64,000 nucleotides of DNA. Origin: Desulfuromonadaceae bacterium (GTDB lineage: Bacteria; Desulfobacterota; Desulfuromonadia; Desulfuromonadales; JAAYDE01). This document shows positions 18,937 to 28,138 of the stretch, piece by piece. Position 1 is the first letter of the stretch. Every line of letters starts with the position of its first letter. Where the stretch lies: contig JAAZDE010000119.1 of NCBI GenBank assembly GCA_012512925.1, positions 299 to 64,298 on the forward strand, given 5' to 3'. The notes under the pieces are model-generated. The model did not search any database. It saw only the letters and a program-made list of their open reading frames with translations, and was not told the origin of the DNA. The position numbers and the translations under genes were made by a program.

Positions 18937-19212
18937 TAATGGTGAATAGCGGGCGGGGATGCAATGACCCGCTGTCGTTGGCCACTATTCCAGGTGCCGC
19001 CGAAGAACCTTTCCCAAGGTTAGTGGTTTCGCGCCATGAACTCAACAGCTTTTCATCCGGCCGGTCATTAATCGGCAAATCTCCACGGTTGTTTTATTAT
19101 TGCCGATCTCCTTGTCTAGCCGCTCATTTACTGCTATTACTTATGATGTATTAACCTGCCGGACTTCCTCCCCTTTCATGATGACACCCAACGGTTCGCA
19201 GAAGGAGGCGCT

Positions 19213-20193
19213 ATGGGTAAAAAAGTTCATTTTTCCGAACTGGGCCTGGTCAACACCAGGGAGATGTTTTCCAGGGCGGTGGATGGCGGCTACGCCATTC
19301 CCGCCTACAATTTCAATAATCTCGAGCAGATCCAGGCCATCGTCACGGCCTGCGCCGAGACTTCCTCGCCGGTTATTCTCCAAGTCAGCAAAGGGGCCCG
19401 CGACTACGCCAACAGCACCATGCTCCGCTACCTGGCCCTGGGAGCGGTGGAAATGGCGCGGGAAAAAGGCGCCAACATCCCCATCACCCTCCATCTCGAT
19501 CACGGCGATTCCCTGGAACTGTGCCAATCCTGCGTCGATTCGGGTTTCTCCTCGGTCATGATCGACGGCTCCCATCTGCCTTACGAGGAGAATGTCAAGC
19601 TGACCCGGCAGGTGGTGGAATACGCCCACCAGTATGACGTTTCGGTGGAAGGGGAACTCGGTGTGCTGGCCGGCATCGAGGATGAGGTCCAGGCGGAGAA
19701 ATCCACCTATACCCGCCCCGATGAGGTGGTCGATTTTGTCACCAAGACCGGGGTCGATTCCCTGGCCATCTCCATCGGCACCAGCCATGGCGCCTACAAG
19801 TTCAAGGTCAAGCCGGGAGAAGCGCCCCCCAGCCTGCGTTTCGACATCCTGTCCGAGGTCGAGAAACGCCTGCCCCGCTTCCCCATCGTGCTCCATGGCG
19901 CTTCCAGCGTCGTGCAAAGCTATGTCGAACTGATCAACAAGTACGGCGGCAAGATGGAAGGGGCCATCGGCATTCCCGAGGATCAGTTGCGGCAAGCGGC
20001 GGCCAGCGCCGTTTGCAAGATCAATATCGACTCCGACGGCCGTCTGGCGGTGACCGCCAAGGTGCGGGAATACCTGGCCAACAACCCCGGCGAATTCGAC
20101 CCGCGCAAGTACCTCGGCGCGGCGCGCAAGGAACTGGTGGCCCTGATCAAGCACAAGAACGAAACGGTGCTCGGCAGCGCGGGTAAAGCGTAG
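19213..20193 (+). CDS. fba: Class II fructose-1,6-bisphosphate aldolase
   Basis: GGYAIPAYNFNNLEQIQAIVTACAETSSPVILQVS, HLDHGDS, SVMIDGSHLPYEENV, GTSHGAYKF. RBS GAAGGAGG. Confidence 0.93.
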   Translation: MGKKVHFSELGLVNTREMFSRAVDGGYAIPAYNFNNLEQIQAIVTACAETSSPVILQVSKGARDYANSTMLRYLALGAVEMAREKGANIPITLHLDHGDSLELCQSCVDSGFSSVMIDGSHLPYEENVKLTRQVVEYAHQYDVSVEGELGVLAGIEDEVQAEKSTYTRPDEVVDFVTKTGVDSLAISIGTSHGAYKFKVKPGEAPPSLRFDILSEVEKRLPRFPIVLHGASSVVQSYVELINKYGGKMEGAIGIPEDQLRQAAASAVCKINIDSDGRLAVTAKVREYLANNPGEFDPRKYLGAARKELVALIKHKNETVLGSAGKA

Positions 20194-20224
20194 ATACCGC
20201 TTCGGATCACAAAGCAGGTGCAGA

Positions 20225-20255
20225 AAAGCCGGATTTCCGAGGGAAATCCGGCTTT
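20225..20255. terminator. Bidirectional intrinsic terminator between convergent fba and OMP genes
   Basis: Perfect 13-bp stem AAGCCGGATTTCC / GGAAATCCGGCTT with loop GAG, flanked by an A-rich 5' side and a T-rich 3' side. Confidence 0.7.
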
Positions 20256-20334
20256 TCCGTACTGTCAGGTCAGCTTTCCGCCCCGGCAGGATTCCCAGGT
20301 GACGGAATCCCTCGGAATTGCGGCTGGTCTTGCT

Positions 20335-21715
20335 TCAGAAGGAATAGTTCAGCTCGGCGCGAAGAAACGAAGCCGTGTGATCCTGTTGATCCTTGGTGTA
20401 ATAATTTCCCGGCTCCATGAGTTCCAACAGAAGATGTCCGCCCAGCTTGTCTTTTTGGGTAAACAGTTTTTCCTTGAGCGTAAAACTGTTTTTAAGGGTA
20501 AAAAGCCATCCCCGGTCATGGCCGCCTCCCGCGCCGGAATCTTCAGGAGCCCACATGTACCCGAGCAAAAGGTCGGTTTGCAGTTTTTTGATCGGTGAAA
20601 TCGAAAAATCGATATAGGGCATATTCACGTTGGACCAGCGCCCGGCGCCATCGGTGTCATAGGCATAGACATACAATTCGCTGTATTGCGGCCAACGGGC
20701 CCACAGCGGATTCCAGCCCTCGTCCTTGCCGGTGTCCGGATCATCGCCGGAAAGATAATACCAGCCGGCACCAAAGCGGACCTTATGTTCCGCCAGGCTG
20801 GCAATATTCAGATTGGCCTTGGCGTCGATCATGTATGCCGAAATATCATTGCCCATCTGATAGGCGGCCTCCAGGTTGCCGTTGAGGCTGCCGGAGAATG
20901 TCGGCATCAGGCGGACGCCAACGGTATGGCGGTCATTGTTGGTAAGGAAAGCGACATCCTGTTCATGGGTTTTGACGAGATAGTAAGTTTCGAAGGGAAG
21001 TTTTTCAAAAGATTTGTTTTTAATATAGACGCCGCCCCCCGCTTCAAAGCCGTCATAGTCGTCTCCGCCGGCAAAGCCGACGATGTCACGATCCTCGGAA
21101 TGGATGGCCATGGGGTCTTTTGCGTTGGTATACATCAGCAGGAAATCGACTTCCGTGTCGGGAACGCCGGAATAGGTCAGTTTCACGGCATCGAAATAGA
21201 TCGTCCGCGACCCGTCCTTGGGGGTGCCGTCCAAAATAAGCTTGCCCGTTCCGTAAATCATATCCTGGCGGCCGACGCGCAGCGCCAGGTCCTTCCATTT
21301 CCAGTCAAAATACAGGTTGTCGATCAAAACCTCGTCCAGAGGGTTGTAGACGTTGTTGTTCGGCTCGACGTAGGTCCTGAATTCATTGGTCAGGCGGGCC
21401 CGAACCAGGAAATTTTCGTTGCGGCGGTATTCTCCCCAGAGGCGGGTGCGGTACCGCTGGAAATGATTCACTCCACCGCGCGCCTCCCCCCCCGTTGGTG
21501 TAGGGGATGTTGTCGAAGTAAACCTCACGCAGCCGGATATCGCCGCCGAACAGAAACTTTGGATACGTCTCCGCCACCTCGTCCGTTTTCATCACCGCGG
21601 CCGTTTCGGGCTGGCCTTCTCCGGATGTCGCTTTCTCCGCCGGCTCCGCTGCCGCCGGGATGGAAACCATGGTCATCAAGAATGCTAAAAGGACAGTTCC
21701 TGTGCTGCATTTCAT
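20335..21715 (-). pseudogene. Alginate-export (AlgE-like) family outer-membrane beta-barrel gene interrupted by a +1 frameshift in a G8 homopolymer
   Basis: The N-terminal part (ATG at 21715 after AGGAGGAATAG) has signal peptide MKCSTGTVLLAFLMTMVSIPAAAEP and runs to ...FGGDIRLREVYFDNIPYTNGG. It lies in one frame. The remaining 397 aa (...GGEARGGVNHFQRYRTRLWGEYRRNENFLVRARL...GRQDMIYGTGKLILDG...AELNYSF) lie in the next frame. The switch is at CCCCCCCC 21486-21493. Seven G would restore a single ~459-aa ORF. Confidence 0.7.
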
Positions 21716-22170
21716 AAAACTATTCCTCCTGGTTCCGGCTGGTGTCAATCATCCCAAATCGACGAAATTAAGTTCCTTCTCCTGGCTCCGGATTCAGACG
21801 CCACCCCGAAAGCCGGTCAAGTTCACCTGAAAGAAGACGCACCTTTCTTCCTTCACCACTACGTCACTTTCCAGAATCGCGTCGGCGGGGCCATCCGTCC
21901 GCTTCGATAAATGGCAGAGTCATTCCGTCGCCGCCTGAATAAGGAAAAATTAAAACAATGTTATATGTTAAATCGACAGTTCTGTCCAGTAAGTTTTGCC
22001 TTCGAAAGAATAAACGACAAACGCCGTAACGATTCAGCGCGTGGCTCCTGGCAAGGGCGGCTGTTTTTCCGCAATGGAGCCAAACAATCACCGGGAGCGG
22101 GTTTATGGCGCCGTTGAAACGGGCCGGGCCGGTTCATCGGCCAGCGAGGTGCAGTTCACCCTATCGGCCG

Positions 22171-22212
22171 AAAAAAAGCCGAATCCCCTTTTCGGGAATC
22201 CGGCTTTTTTCG
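22171..22212 (-). terminator. Intrinsic terminator downstream of thiC (A-run/T-run flanked, potentially bidirectional)
   Basis: On the minus strand an imperfect hairpin GCCGGATTCCC GAAAA GGGGATTCGGC is followed by TTTTTTT. It lies just 3' of the thiC stop at 22220. Confidence 0.65.
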
Positions 22213-22219
22213 GGGTCGG

Positions 22220-23524
22220 TCACAGATGCGCCCACTTGCGCTTCTCGCGGTTGTCCATCACCTTGTAGGCGCAGTATTCGCCGCACATGGTGCAGGCGCC
22301 GTGCTCCTCATTGACGCCGGAGGTCTCCCGCAGCCGCCGCGCCTTGGCCGGGTCGATGGCGAGTTGGTACTGGGTCTCCCAGTCGAGGGCCTTGCGCGCC
22401 TTGCTCATGGCCAGATCCTTCTCCCAGGCGCCGGGGATTCCCTTGGCGATGTCGGCGGCATGGGCGGCCAGGCGGGCGGCCATGACCCCTTCGTGGACAT
22501 CCTCCACGCCGGGCAGACAGAGATGCTCGGTCGGCGTCACGTAACAGAGAAAGTCGGCCCCGGCGGCGCCGGCGATGGCGCCGCCGATGGCGCAGGAGAT
22601 GTGATCGTAGCCGGGGGCGATATCCGTCACCAGGGGGCCGAGGACGTAGAAGGGGGCGCCGTGGCAGAGCTGCTTCTGGAGCTGGATGTTGGTCTGGATC
22701 TGGTTGAGGGGGACATGCCCCGGCCCTTCGATCATGACCTGGATGCCGGCGTCCCAGGCCCTTTGGGTCAGTTCGCCGAGCAGGATCAGTTCGTAGACCT
22801 GGGCGCGGTCGGTGGCGTCGGCGATGGCCCCGGGGCGGAAGCCGTCCCCCAGGGAGAGACAGGCGTCGTAGGGTTTGACGATCTCCAGCAACCGGTCGTA
22901 GTACTGGTACAGGGGATTTTCGGCGTCGTTGTGGGCCATCCAGCCGGCGGTGAAGGAACCGCCCCGGGAAACCACTTCCATGATGCGCCCCTCCCGGTCC
23001 ATTCGTTCCACGGTGCCGCGGGTCACTCCGCAGTGAACGGTGATGAAGTCGACCCCGTCGTCGAGATGCTTGACGATGCCGTCGAAGATCTCGTCCACGG
23101 TCATGTCGACGATCGCTTTCCCCTTGCGGGTGACGGTGTCGACGGCGGCCTGGTAGAGGGGAACGCTGCCGATGCAGGCGTCGGTTTCCTTGATGATGGC
23201 GCGGCGGATCTCATCCACCGGTCCGCCGGTGGAGAGATCCATGATGGCGTCGGCGCCGGCGGCCACCGCCACGCGGGCCTTTTCCAACTCCTTGTCGATG
23301 CTGGTGTCATCCTTGCTGGTGCCGATGTTGGCGTTGACCTTGGTGCGCAGGCCCTTGCCGACAGCCAGCGGGCGGCCGTGAAGGTGTTTTTCGTTGTGGC
23401 AGATGATGGCGGTGCCCTCGGCGATGCGGCGGCGAAGAATCTCGGGATCGATATTCTCCGCCGCGGCAGCCAGCTTCATCTTGTCGGTGATGATGCCCTG
23501 GCGGGCGGATTCCAATTGGGTCAT
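22220..23524 (-). CDS. thiC: Phosphomethylpyrimidine synthase
   Basis: MTQLESARQGIITDKMKLAAAAENIDPE..., VNANIGTS, ITVHCGV, and C-terminal CTMCGEYCAYK (radical-SAM-type cluster). The true ATG is at 23524. The 135-codon upstream extension in the track is Arg/Pro/Gly-rich and overlaps thiDE. Confidence 0.95.
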   Translation of the reverse strand: MTQLESARQGIITDKMKLAAAAENIDPEILRRRIAEGTAIICHNEKHLHGRPLAVGKGLRTKVNANIGTSKDDTSIDKELEKARVAVAAGADAIMDLSTGGPVDEIRRAIIKETDACIGSVPLYQAAVDTVTRKGKAIVDMTVDEIFDGIVKHLDDGVDFITVHCGVTRGTVERMDREGRIMEVVSRGGSFTAGWMAHNDAENPLYQYYDRLLEIVKPYDACLSLGDGFRPGAIADATDRAQVYELILLGELTQRAWDAGIQVMIEGPGHVPLNQIQTNIQLQKQLCHGAPFYVLGPLVTDIAPGYDHISCAIGGAIAGAAGADFLCYVTPTEHLCLPGVEDVHEGVMAARLAAHAADIAKGIPGAWEKDLAMSKARKALDWETQYQLAIDPAKARRLRETSGVNEEHGACTMCGEYCAYKVMDNREKRKWAHL

Positions 23525-23610
23525 GGGTCGAATCCTTTCGTCTTGAGTTTCCTTCCTGGTACGCGAGAAGCTGTGGCGAAAGGGGTCGGGGGCCCGCCGA
23601 CCCTTTTTCG

Positions 23611-25032
23611 TTACAGCGTGAGATTCAGGGCGTTGAGGGCGGCCCGGAAGTGGTTGACCGGACCGTGGCCGTGGCCGATGCCGGGGGCGTGCCGGATCGC
23701 CTCGGTGATGAAGATTTTTCCCCGTTGCACCGCCTGGACGAGGGGGATCCCCTGGGCCAGGAAGGTGGCGATGGCCGCCGAGTAGGTGCAGCCGGTGCCG
23801 TGGGTGTGGGGGGTATCGAAACGTTTTTCGTGGAAGCGGTGGAGCCGTCCTCCTTCCACCAGAAGGTCGACCGAATCCCCTTCCAGATGGCCGCCCTTGA
23901 CGAGGACGTTGCGCGGCCCCATGGTGCAAAGTCGGGCGGCCGCTTTTTCCATGTCGCTTTCGGTGCGGATGGCAAGCCCGGTGAGCACCTCCGCCTCGGG
24001 GATGTTGGGGGTGATCAGGTAGGCCAGCGGCAGCAGTTCCTGGCGCAGTGCCGCCACCGCCTCCTCGCGCAGCAGCGAGGCGCCGCCCTTGGCGATCATG
24101 ACCGGATCGACCACCGCCGGCAGGGCGTACCGGCGGATGTTGGCCGCCACCAGACGAATGATTTCGGGGGAAAAGAGCATTCCCACCTTGATCACATCGG
24201 CGCCGATGTCGCTCAACACCGCTTCGATCTGGGCGGCGATGAATTCGGGGGGGGCGGGATGGATGTCGGTGACGCCGAGGGTGTTCTGGGCGGTGAGCGC
24301 GGTGATGGCGCTCATGCCGAAACTGCCGAGCAGCGTGGCGGTCTTCAGGTCGGCCTGGATGCCGGCGCCGCCGCCCGAATCGGAGCCGGCGATGGTCAAT
24401 ACCCGGCCGCGGGGGTAGGGGAGGCGGCTGTTGAAGAGCAGAGAGAATTCCCGCGCCGCCAGCGTCGGGTCGGGATCCTGCATCAGGGCGGAAACCACGG
24501 CCACAACGTCGGCCCCGGCCGCCAGCACCTCGGAAGCGTTGTCGCGGCTGATGCCGCCGATGGCGACGATGGGTATTTTCACTTCGCGGCGTATTTCAGC
24601 AAGCTTCTGAGGTCCGATAACGATGGCGTCGGATTTGGTGCCGGTGGGGAACATGGCGCCGACGCCGATGTAGTCGGCCCCTTCCTGCTCCGCTTTGCGG
24701 GCCAGTTCGACGGTGCGGGTCGAAACGCCGATGATTTTGCCGCGGCCGAGGATGGCGCGGGCTTCGGCGATGGCCATGTCCTGCTGGCCGAGATGGACGC
24801 CGTCGGCCTGGCAGGCCAGGGCCAGGGCCGGCGAGTCGTTGACGATGAGGAGGGCGCCGGCCGCCTGGCACAATTCCTTCAATTCCCTGGCGATGGCGAT
24901 GCGTTCCTCGTCGGTGCCTTCCTTCTCCCGGTACTGGACCATTCTCGCGCCGCCGCGCAAGGCCGCCCCAACCCGGGCCACGAGACGCCCATCCCGGTTG
25001 CCGTCGGTTATCGCATAAAGTCCGCTGATCAT
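23611..25032 (-). CDS. thiDE: Fused thiamine-phosphate synthase (ThiE, N-terminal) / hydroxymethylpyrimidine-phosphomethylpyrimidine kinase (ThiD, C-terminal)
   Basis: The N-terminal half MISGLYAITDG...MVQYREKEG...DGVHLGQQD...IGVGAMFPTGTK...VAIGGI is ThiE. The C-terminal half RVLTIAGSDSGGGAGIQADLKT...VVDPVMIAKGG...HTHGTGCTYSAAIA is ThiD. ATG at 25032 after AAAGGGGA. Confidence 0.9.
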   Translation of the reverse strand: MISGLYAITDGNRDGRLVARVGAALRGGARMVQYREKEGTDEERIAIARELKELCQAAGALLIVNDSPALALACQADGVHLGQQDMAIAEARAILGRGKIIGVSTRTVELARKAEQEGADYIGVGAMFPTGTKSDAIVIGPQKLAEIRREVKIPIVAIGGISRDNASEVLAAGADVVAVVSALMQDPDPTLAAREFSLLFNSRLPYPRGRVLTIAGSDSGGGAGIQADLKTATLLGSFGMSAITALTAQNTLGVTDIHPAPPEFIAAQIEAVLSDIGADVIKVGMLFSPEIIRLVAANIRRYALPAVVDPVMIAKGGASLLREEAVAALRQELLPLAYLITPNIPEAEVLTGLAIRTESDMEKAAARLCTMGPRNVLVKGGHLEGDSVDLLVEGGRLHRFHEKRFDTPHTHGTGCTYSAAIATFLAQGIPLVQAVQRGKIFITEAIRHAPGIGHGHGPVNHFRAALNALNLTL

Positions 25033-25051
25033 GGTTTCCCCTTTCGCAAAC

Positions 25052-25085
25052 GAAAAATGCCGCGAACCCAAGGGGCGCACGGCAT
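25052..25085 (-). terminator. Terminator-type expression platform of the TPP riboswitch
   Basis: Minus strand AUGCCGUG ... CGCGGCAU hairpin followed by UUUUUCGUUUG, located between the aptamer and the thiDE start. Confidence 0.6.
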
Positions 25086-25114
25086 GATGAATAGCGAATA
25101 GCTTCTGTTCATAT

Positions 25115-25212
25115 GGCGGCCGCTTCCCTACGCCGGTATGATCCGGATCAGGTTCCAAGGGTCGTCCGCTCGGGCGGAACTCTCAGTGTCCCTGAATGAC
25201 ACTCCCCTATCG
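25115..25212 (-). promoter_or_regulatory. TPP (THI-box) riboswitch aptamer
   Basis: The minus strand reads GGGGAGUGUCAUUCAGGGACACUGAGAGUUCCGCCCGAGCGGACGACCCUUGGAACCUGAUCCGGAUCAUACCGGCGUAGGGAAGC. It contains the conserved CUGAGA, ACCCUU-GAACCUGAUCCGGAU-AUACCGGCGUAGGGAA core. It is upstream of thiamine genes. Confidence 0.93.
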
Positions 25213-25227
25213 GTCTATTTGAGAAAC

Positions 25228-25255
25228 TCTATATGATGCGCCTGATATCTGTCAA
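25228..25255 (-). promoter_or_regulatory. Candidate sigma-70 promoter of the thi operon
   Basis: Minus strand TTGACA (25255-25250), 16-nt spacer, TATAGA (25233-25228). It lies just upstream of the riboswitch. Confidence 0.45.
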
Positions 25256-25497
25256 CAGCTATTAACGGGGTGGCGGGAAAGGGGATTTCAGGCGCATGGA
25301 CAAGGCCGGAGAATTTTGAAAAACAGTTCTATGGGAGGATTTCAAAAACCGCAGAAAAACCTCATGAAGGGACAAGTGAGCAGTTTTTCAGCGCTCCGCC
25401 GGGGGAATATTGGGCTTTGATTTGAGGGGATTTGGGAGGATAATGAAGGCCGTCCGGCGGCCGGCCGGTCCATTATCGGCAATCGAAGGGGAAAAGG

Positions 25498-26622
25498 ATG
25501 TTTTCAGGACGACCCACCCGCGCCGAGATCGATCTTCAGGCGCTGATCCATAATTTCAGCCAGGTCAAAACATTGGCCGGCGCAAAGAGGAAGGTTCTGG
25601 CCGCGGTCAAGGCCGATGCCTACGGTCATGGCGCGGTGCCGGCCGCCCTGGCCCTGGAGAGGCATGGCGCCGATTTTCTCGGCGTGGCCCTCACCGAGGA
25701 AGGCCTCCAACTGCGCGAAGCGGGGATCGGCCTGCCGATTCTGCTGCTGGGAGGATTCTACCCCGGCCAGGAAGAGGCGATTCTCGACCATCGTTTGACG
25801 CCGATCCTGTTCGATCTGGAATCGGCCCGCCGTTTGAATGAAGCGGCCCGACGCAAGGGGAGCGTTCATCCCTTTCATCTCAAGATCGACAGCGGCATGG
25901 GGCGGGTCGGTTTCAGGGAAGAGGAACTGGGCGAGGCGCTCGGCCGGCTCCACGGCTTTTCCTCCCTTGACATGGAAGGGGTGCTGTCCCATCTGGCCCT
26001 CAGCGATGTTCCCGATCATCCCGCCACCGCCGTTCAACTGGAGCGTTTCCGCCGGGCGCTGGAACTGATTCGGGCCTCCGGCTTCCAACCTCGCTGCCGC
26101 CACATCAGCAACAGCGCCGCCGTCCTCTCCCTGCCGGTCCCCGAATGCAACATGGTCCGGCCCGGCATCATGCTCTACGGCTCCCCTCCCTCGGTTCACT
26201 TCGAAAAGGGCTTCGATCTGCGTCCGGTGATGAGTCTGCGCACCGCCGTCGCTCAACTCAAAAGGGTTCCGGAAGGCACGGGGGTTTCCTACGGGCACCG
26301 TTTCGTCACCTCCCGGCCGAGCCTTCTGGCCGCCATCCCCATCGGCTACGGCGACGGCTACAGCCGGCGGCTGTCCAACTGCGGCGAGGTGCTGATCCGG
26401 GGGAAACGGGCCAGGGTGGCGGGAACCGTCTGCATGGACTGGACGGTGATCGATGTGACTGACATTCCCGGGGTACAGGTCGGTGAAACGGTTACCCTGC
26501 TCGGCAGGGATGGCGACGATCAGATCAGCGCCGAAGAGTGGGCCGAAAAGGTCGGCACCATCTCCTACGAGGTCTACTGCGGCATCGGCAAGCGGGTGCC
26601 GCGGGTTTATCGCGGCGGGTAA
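25498..26622 (+). CDS. alr: Alanine racemase
   Basis: PLP-lysine motif AVKADAYGHGA, full-length 374 aa, C-terminal ISYEVYCGIGKRVPRVY. Confidence 0.93.
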   Translation: MFSGRPTRAEIDLQALIHNFSQVKTLAGAKRKVLAAVKADAYGHGAVPAALALERHGADFLGVALTEEGLQLREAGIGLPILLLGGFYPGQEEAILDHRLTPILFDLESARRLNEAARRKGSVHPFHLKIDSGMGRVGFREEELGEALGRLHGFSSLDMEGVLSHLALSDVPDHPATAVQLERFRRALELIRASGFQPRCRHISNSAAVLSLPVPECNMVRPGIMLYGSPPSVHFEKGFDLRPVMSLRTAVAQLKRVPEGTGVSYGHRFVTSRPSLLAAIPIGYGDGYSRRLSNCGEVLIRGKRARVAGTVCMDWTVIDVTDIPGVQVGETVTLLGRDGDDQISAEEWAEKVGTISYEVYCGIGKRVPRVYRGG

Positions 26623-26847
26623 ATTGCCATCTCCCGGTCATGTCTGGTAAAACTGGCGCCCAGCCAGAGGGGCTTGATTGAATCGCGGCTTCTGTAAACT
26701 TGTATCAACTCACACTGACAGATTCATGTTCGGCTGAATGCCCGACCGGCAACCCGGTTTCCGGCACTCCCGAGGCAAAAAACTCTCCGGTTGTCTTTGT
26801 TTCAGCCAAGTTTTCCGGGTGTTTTTCCCTGAAAGATGGTGCAACGG

Positions 26848-28098
26848 ATGGCAAAACGGTTTCTCGCCCTTGATCTCGGCACCACGACCCTGGCCGGGGC
26901 GCTGTTGACTCCGGAAGGGGATGTGGCGGCCCAGGCTTTTCTTCCCAACCCTCAGGTCCGGGAGGGAAAGGACGTTCTGACGCGGCTCCAGGCTGCGGCG
27001 GAGGGGGGCGGGGAAAAACTTCAGCGCCTGCTGGCCAGGGGGATCAACGAGCTTTGCGGCCGCCTGGTGGAGATGGCCGGGACAACCCCGGATACCATTG
27101 TCGCCGCCGCGGCGGCGGGCAATTCGGCGATCTCGGCGCTGTTGACCGGGCGGGAAGTAACGTCCCTCCTGTTCCCGCCTCATCGTCTTTCGTGGCACGC
27201 CGGGGAGGAACTCGATTCTCGCGGTCTGGGCCTCGATCTTTCCGTTTCCCTTTATCTCTTTCCCCTGGTCGGGGGCTTTGTCGGCGGCGATCTGGCGGCG
27301 TTCCTCTATGCCGCGGAAGAAACCCCATCACCCTCTCTCTATCTCGATATCGGCACCAATGCCGAGATCGCCCTGAATACCGGCTCCCGCTGGTGGGTCA
27401 CGTCGGCGGCGGCCGGGCCCGCCTTCGAAGGGGGCAACATTGCCTGCGGCATGGCGGCCACGTTCGGGGCCGTCGAGGGGGTGTCTCTTGATGGGGACCG
27501 GCTCCGCCTCCAGGTCAAGGGCGGGGGTCCGCCCCGGGGGCTTTGCGGCAGCGGCCTGGCCGAAGCCATTTCCGCCGGGCTGGAAGGAGGGCTGATCGAT
27601 TCCACCGGGATCATCCGTTCCGCCGCCGAGATGGCCGACAACCTCTCCCGCTACAGCGTCGAGCGGAACGGAGAGCGGTGTCTGCTTCTTTACCGGGACG
27701 CGGCCGGGGAAATTCTCCTCACCCAGGGCGACATTCGTCAATTCCAGTTGGCCAAGGGGGCGGTGCGGGCCGGCATCGAGGCTTTGCTCGACCGGGCCGG
27801 CCTGCATTCGGAGGATCTCCGTCATCTCCTGGTCAGCGGCGCTTTCGGCCTGGCCATCGCTCCGCAGACCCTGAAAAAAGTTGCGATGCTGCCGGAAAGG
27901 GTGATAGATAGGGTTGTTTTCGTTCCCAATGGCGTTCTGGCCGGGGTCGGCCGCCTGCTGACCCGAGCCACGGGGCGTGAGGAGGTGGCGCGGCTCGCCG
28001 CTTCACTCTCGGTCTATCCGCTTTCGGGCTCCCCCGTTTTCGAGCGGGCCTTCCTGCGCGCCCTCGATTTTGTGTCTCAGGAAATGAACCAGCGGTAA
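26848..28098 (+). CDS. ASKHA-fold ATPase domain protein (DUF4445, RACo C-terminal-like) lacking an N-terminal ferredoxin domain
   Basis: [16 protein letters not shown] (phosphate-1 motif), [32 protein letters not shown] and LVSGAFG are typical of DUF4445/ASKHA proteins. There is no Cys-rich Fe-S region at the N-terminus. Start is at 26848 or 26836. Confidence 0.65.
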   Translation: MAKRFLALDLGTTTLAGALLTPEGDVAAQAFLPNPQVREGKDVLTRLQAAAEGGGEKLQRLLARGINELCGRLVEMAGTTPDTIVAAAAAGNSAISALLTGREVTSLLFPPHRLSWHAGEELDSRGLGLDLSVSLYLFPLVGGFVGGDLAAFLYAAEETPSPSLYLDIGTNAEIALNTGSRWWVTSAAAGPAFEGGNIACGMAATFGAVEGVSLDGDRLRLQVKGGGPPRGLCGSGLAEAISAGLEGGLIDSTGIIRSAAEMADNLSRYSVERNGERCLLLYRDAAGEILLTQGDIRQFQLAKGAVRAGIEALLDRAGLHSEDLRHLLVSGAFGLAIAPQTLKKVAMLPERVIDRVVFVPNGVLAGVGRLLTRATGREEVARLAASLSVYPLSGSPVFERAFLRALDFVSQEMNQR

Positions 28099-28138
28099 GT
28101 TTTATCGATCAAAGGTCAAGGCTTCACTGAAAGAAAGG

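Noticed and set aside
21749-22170. Small ORFs (68-75 aa) and a possible RNA element in the 420-bp region upstream of the frameshifted OMP gene.
   Set aside because: The ORFs have no RBS and implausible composition. I found no recognisable riboswitch core; I looked for GEMM-I/II signatures on the minus strand. I treat the region as promoter or leader of unknown structure.
23525-23610. A second TPP riboswitch in front of thiC.
   Set aside because: The spacer is only 86 nt with no CUGAGA or ACCUGAUCUGGAUAAUGCCAGCG-type core. It holds just a GC-rich hairpin.
23525-23929. The 135-codon N-terminal extension of thiC (track ORF 22220..23929), reaching into thiDE.
   Set aside because: The extension is Arg/Pro/His-rich and overlaps the thiDE coding region. 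ThiC homology begins at MTQLESARQG (ATG at 23524).
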